64,000 nucleotides of DNA. Source: a bacterium (GTDB lineage: Bacteria; Zhuqueibacterota; Zhuqueibacteria; Zhuqueibacterales; Zhuqueibacteraceae). The notes beneath the pieces were generated by a model. It saw only the letters and a list, made by a program, of their open reading frames with translations, was not told the DNA's origin and ran no database searches. Location of the stretch: contig JBIOXB010000211.1 of NCBI GenBank assembly GCA_044869275.1, positions 1 to 64,000 on the forward strand, given 5' to 3'. Of this stretch, positions 59,546-64,000 are shown piece by piece. Within the stretch, counting starts at the first letter, position 1, and each line of letters begins with the position of its first letter. The position numbers and the translations under genes were made by a program.

Positions 59546-60469
59546 ATGAGTCTTTACGGGCAATCCTATCGTTTCGAGATTGGCGCGGGCATGACCTCCG
59601 CGGTGAAGTATTTGATCATCGCGAATTTCGGCTGCTTTTTGTTGCAACATTTTTTCGGATCATCCCTGGCGTGGGCCGCTTTGGTGCCGGCCAAGGTGGT
59701 GCACGAGTTTGCCGTTTGGCAACTGTTCACATACATGTTCCTGCACGGCGGCCCGTGGCACATCATCATCAACATGCTTATGCTGTGGATGATCGGTTGC
59801 GAAGTGGAGCGCTATTGGGGCGCCAAACAGTTCCTGATATACTATTTCGTGTGCGGCATCGGTGCCGGCATCTGCCAAACCTTGGTACAAATACTCTTCT
59901 TCGATCCGCAGACGAGCGTGATCGGGGCTTCCGGCGCCGTCTATGGTGTTTTGATGGCTTTCGGCGTGCTTTTTTCCGACCGCACGATTACGTTGCTGCT
60001 TTTTTTCATTCTGCCGGTGCATATCATGGCCAAGTATCTGGTCATGATCATGGCTGCGATTTCGCTGCTGATGGGGGTTTTTGGCGATGACAGCGGGGTG
60101 GCGCATTTTGCGCATCTGGGCGGAATGCTGGTAGGATTTGCGTATCTCAAACTTGACTGGCGCTGGCAGGCACTTGGCCGCAAAGCCGGGAATCTATTTG
60201 AGTATCCTGCAGCGAGCAGCGGCGCGCGGCGCGGACTGCCCGCTCTCAAAAACTGGTTTCGCCGGCGCACGGAACAGCGCCGGCAAATGGAGGCGGTGCG
60301 GCGCCGCCAGCGCGAGCTGCACTTGCGTGAGCGCGTCGACGCTATTTTGGACAAGATCAATGAAGTCGGATACGAGAATTTATCAGAAGAAGAAAAACAA
60401 ATTCTCAGACGGGCCAGCCAATCGCTCAGCCGGGAAAACCTGCGGTCGCAAGATTACGGCCCGAATTGA
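59546..60469 (+). CDS. Rhomboid intramembrane serine protease with C-terminal helical (DUF6576-like) domain
   Basis: WQLFTYMFLH, GASG, AHLGG, VDAILDKI...GYENLS.EEK. Confidence 0.9.
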   Translation: MSLYGQSYRFEIGAGMTSAVKYLIIANFGCFLLQHFFGSSLAWAALVPAKVVHEFAVWQLFTYMFLHGGPWHIIINMLMLWMIGCEVERYWGAKQFLIYYFVCGIGAGICQTLVQILFFDPQTSVIGASGAVYGVLMAFGVLFSDRTITLLLFFILPVHIMAKYLVMIMAAISLLMGVFGDDSGVAHFAHLGGMLVGFAYLKLDWRWQALGRKAGNLFEYPAASSGARRGLPALKNWFRRRTEQRRQMEAVRRRQRELHLRERVDAILDKINEVGYENLSEEEKQILRRASQSLSRENLRSQDYGPN

Positions 60470-61982
60470 AAACAAGCCTTGCCCTGTCAGCGTTCTTTGC
60501 TGCTCCCTGCTCTCGCTCCTCAGCCTGCCGCTGGTACTCTGCTTTTTCCTCGCGCCCATTTCACGCGCCTTCTCCCAGATCGCGCAAAACGAGCTCAAGG
60601 TCGTGCGCACCGATGTCGGTGAGAATTTCGATTTCGTTGCTCTGGCAGATTTGGCCGAATTGCTAAATCTGCGCACGTTTTACAGTGAAAAAGCACGCAA
60701 AGTGATCCTGTACGTCGGCGGCGCACAAGTCAAGGTCACGGCGATGAATCCTTTCGTGCAAATCGGCGATCGCATGGTGCAGATGCCGATGGAAACGCGC
60801 TATGCCAACGACGATATTCTCGTACCGCTCGCGGCCTTCACCGCGCTGCTGCGTCCGCTGTACCGCGGCGACTGGCCGAAGCAGTTGCAGCCGGCCGCCG
60901 CCGTCGTCCCGGAAAAAGCACCACCCCCGCCGCCGAACATTTTCAAAGTACTGGTCGAAGACAAAACCAACGGCACGCTGATTCGCATTCAAACCGCGCA
61001 GCCGTTTTCGCGCAAGAGCGTCACCACCCGCGCCAGCCGCGACTGGATGTACGTTGACATTTTAGGCGGGCGCATGGCGGCCGATGCGGTCGCGCCGCTG
61101 TCCGCGACGAAATTGGTGAAAGAAGTCAAGCCGCAGCAAACCGGGGAAGTGGCCCAGATTTCTTTCCGGCTGCTGCAAGACATTGACGCCAGCCGCATCA
61201 ACGTCAGCGGGCAAGGCAACGACATCTGGGTGTCCATTCCCACGCAGGAAGTGGTGCCGGAAGAAGTGCTGCGCAATCTGGACAAAGAAAGGCAGAAGTG
61301 GCGCATCGATGCGATCGTGATCGATCCCGGGCACGGTGGCAGAGATCCCGGCGCGATCGGGCCCTCCGGCATTAGAGAGAAAGACGTTACGCTGCAAGTC
61401 GGCTTGCGCCTGCGCAAATTGATTGAAAAGGACATGGGCTTGAAGGCCATCATGACGCGCGACACCGACGAGTTCATCAAGCTCGACGAGCGCACGCAAA
61501 TTGCCAACGCCGCGCAGGGCAAGCTGTTCATCAGCCTGCATTGCAACGCCAACCGCAGCCGGCGCGTGAACGGTACCACGACTTATTTTCTCGGCCCGGC
61601 CAGAACCGATGAGGCTTTGGAGGTCGCGCTTTTGGAAAATTCCGTGGTCAAGTACGAATCCGACAAGGCGGCGGCCAGTGATGAGGAATTTATCCTCACC
61701 GCGATGGCGCAGAATGCCTTCAACCATGAGAGTGAAAGTCTCGCGCAAATCGTGCAGGAAGAGATGGAAACGGTTGTGAACCTGCCCGATCGCGGCATAT
61801 ATCAAGCGGGCTTCTACGTTTTGGTCGGCGCCTCCATGCCCAACATTCTGGTGGAAATGGCCTTTATTTCCAACGCCAAGGAAGAACGCCTGCTCAATTC
61901 CTCCGAGGTGCAGCAGAAAATCGCACAAGCCATTTGCAATAGCGTGAAGCGGTTCAAGCAGAAGTTTGAAACGGGGTCGTGA
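60466..61982 (+). CDS. N-acetylmuramoyl-L-alanine amidase (Amidase_3); start uncertain
   Basis: IDPGHGGRDPGA, EKD, FISLHCNA, LVEMAFISN; signal-like hydrophobic stretch near 60490-60580. Confidence 0.85.
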
Positions 61983-61984
61983 GG

Positions 61985-63655
61985 TTATAACCTCGACGCC
62001 ACCAGCTTCACATCCGCTCCGGCCCAGGCTTTTACAAAACGCTGATGCACCGCTTCGGCTTCGTCTTCTTTGCCCTGCGCCCTCAGGCTTTGCTGCAAAC
62101 CCCATAACGACCAGCCGTTTTCCGGATACTTTTTCAAATCTTCTGCATAAACTTTTTGGGCTTCAGCCGCGCGCCCGGCTTCCAGCAATACCGCGCCCAA
62201 ATTGTGTCGCGCCGGCGTGTACCAGGGCGGCGGTTCGTCGTAGGTCAGGGCGTCTTCGAAGCGCACCGCGTTCTGCAAATGCGCGATCGCCTGCTCGAAT
62301 TGTTTGTGCTTTGCCGCCAGCTCGCCTGCCAGCATCTCCCGCGCAATCTGCATCAGATCGAAGGTCGTGTTGATATCCCAAATCGTCACGCCCTTGAGCG
62401 TGGTGTCCGCAGCAATGGCCTGCACTTTTTCAAGCTCTTGCGCAGCGGGGTCCATTTGATCCGTTCTCGCATAAGCCATGCCGCGTGCGAAATGCCAAAC
62501 GCCGTTGGGATAAACCAAATCGACCTCCGGTGCCGAGGCTTGCAGTATTTCGGCCCATTTGCCGAATTTCACCAAGGCGTACAACGGAATAGTGGTGTAA
62601 TGCTGCAGCGTGCCGTAACCCGGCGCGCGCATGAGTTGCGGGTCTTGGTGCATGGCCATATGATACGCCGCATTTAGCGCCTGTTCACTGTTGCCCGCAA
62701 AAGTCGCAGCGGCAGCAAGAAAATGATGATTGTGCGGCACGTAAGCCACGGGATACATGCCTTGGGCGTGGCATTGCGTGATATAAGAGCTGTCGGCGGC
62801 AATCGCCCGTTCGTTGGCAATGACGGCATCTTGATAGCGCCCGGTGCGGAGGTAAATATGGGCGGGCATGTGCACCAAATGTCCCGCATTCGGCACGAGA
62901 TCGCGCAGCAAATCCGCGCTGGCCAGGGCGTGCTCCGGATGTGACGAAGCTTCGATCGTGTGAATGTAAAAGTGGTTGAACCCCGGATGTTTGGGCCAGC
63001 GCTGCAATCCCGCTTCCAGCGTACTCACGATTTCCGGCGTCCACGGCTTGGGTGTACCGTCCAGCTCCCAGTATTTCCACGGATGCAAATCCATCAGCGC
63101 CTCGGCAAAGAGCGCCGCGGCATCAGCCTCGTCAGGGTAGCGCTGCACAAGTTCGCGCATGGCGTTGGCATAAGCTTCGTCCAGGGGCTTGCGATCGGTG
63201 ACCGCCGCGGCGGCATAACGTTGCGCCAAAGCGTTGATGAATGCTTGTTCTTCCGCACTGGCTTTGGGCGCCAAAGCCCGCGCTTTTTGAATCGCCGCGT
63301 ACGCATTGGGAACTTCAGCATTGTCCATCGCCGCGTTGATGTTGGGCCCGAGCACCAGCGCGATGCCCCAGTACGCCATGGCGCAATCCGGATCGAGGCG
63401 TGCCACTTCGCGAAACGCGCGTTCGGCTTCCTTGTGATTGAAAGCGTATGCCAGCGTCAAGCCCTGGTTGAAAAAGCGCTGCGCCATTTCGCTCTTGGTG
63501 CTGACGGGATGACGCAGGTCACCCATGCCCTCGAGCAAGGGGGCGAGGCGGCCGGTGGTTTCATCCTGTGATTGCTGGTCGCAACCGAGCAGCGGCAAAA
63601 GGAACAATGCCACTGCTATCAACGCCAAGCCCCTCACGCGGAAAGTCACCATCAT
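61985..63655 (-). CDS. TPR lipoprotein with His-rich metal-binding-like motifs
   Basis: Lipobox LLGC; AFNH.EA, HFYIH..E, GHLVHMPAHIY. Confidence 0.8.
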   Translation of the reverse strand: MMVTFRVRGLALIAVALFLLPLLGCDQQSQDETTGRLAPLLEGMGDLRHPVSTKSEMAQRFFNQGLTLAYAFNHKEAERAFREVARLDPDCAMAYWGIALVLGPNINAAMDNAEVPNAYAAIQKARALAPKASAEEQAFINALAQRYAAAAVTDRKPLDEAYANAMRELVQRYPDEADAAALFAEALMDLHPWKYWELDGTPKPWTPEIVSTLEAGLQRWPKHPGFNHFYIHTIEASSHPEHALASADLLRDLVPNAGHLVHMPAHIYLRTGRYQDAVIANERAIAADSSYITQCHAQGMYPVAYVPHNHHFLAAAATFAGNSEQALNAAYHMAMHQDPQLMRAPGYGTLQHYTTIPLYALVKFGKWAEILQASAPEVDLVYPNGVWHFARGMAYARTDQMDPAAQELEKVQAIAADTTLKGVTIWDINTTFDLMQIAREMLAGELAAKHKQFEQAIAHLQNAVRFEDALTYDEPPPWYTPARHNLGAVLLEAGRAAEAQKVYAEDLKKYPENGWSLWGLQQSLRAQGKEDEAEAVHQRFVKAWAGADVKLVASRL

Positions 63656-63709
63656 TTTTCCTCCTTTGGCAAGAAAACCGAAATTGTGATTACCACGGGG
63701 TTGCCACCG

Positions 63710-64000
63710 TTACTCGCAGGTCTCGCACCTGGTCTTGGGTTCGAAAGCAATCACGCCGCCGCGCCGGTCTTGCTCGATCCGGCAACATTCCAGGAACATC
63801 GTTTTTAGCATTTGCCGCCCACGCTGGACGCGCGATTTTGCGCCGGAGAGCGAGAGCCCTTGCTGCTGGGCAACTTCCCTCTGCGTTAAACCCTCGATCT
63901 CCGAGAGCATGATCGCCTGCCGGTACGCGGGGGGTAGTTGTTGAATGAACGGCAGTACACAGCTTGACAACTCCCTCTGTGCAGCTTCTTCATTCTCAGA
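63710..64000 (-). CDS. ECF sigma factor, SigZ-like, C-terminal part (truncated by window)
   Basis: LP..YRQAI...EGLTQREVA...SLSGAKSRVQRGR..LK....CC..E.D.RG. Confidence 0.8.
   Translation of the reverse strand, partial: SENEEAAQRELSSCVLPFIQQLPPAYRQAIMLSEIEGLTQREVAQQQGLSLSGAKSRVQRGRQMLKTMFLECCRIEQDRRGGVIAFEPKTRCETCE

Overview
GC-rich bacterial chromosomal segment. Secreted proteins with T9SS/FlgD-type C-terminal domains, a hybrid two-component system, a TPR Ser/Thr kinase and the futalosine pathway suggest an FCB-related lineage such as KSB1 or Calditrichota (inference). Housekeeping content: futalosine menaquinone genes (ubiD-like, fused mqnE-mqnA), dinG, fbp, ssb, a cdd-udk-tdk-punA salvage operon, csp, alr, gdh, a rhomboid protease, an amidase and a partial ECF sigma factor. 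Accessory cassettes pair regulators with secreted proteins, and there are four toxin-antitoxin-like pairs (one decayed). Standouts: (1) a 2946-aa permuted glutamate-synthase-like polyprotein with a built-in FAD-linked dehydrogenase, two ferredoxin modules, a duplicated FMN barrel and an internal Ntn cysteine, with a long leader hairpin upstream; (2) an Agl-Glt-like TPR/ExbB/ExbD/ExbD/TonB/CglF-like envelope machine whose upstream TPR gene is split at an A10 tract; (3) unannotated structured RNA candidates (6S-like, csp leader, a small ORF with an SsrA-like tail); (4) 7-8-nt periodic repeats inserted in frame in several genes; (5) several frameshifts, which may be real or assembly errors. No rRNA, tRNA, CRISPR array or transposase was seen. 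All calls come from motif reading only; no searches were run.
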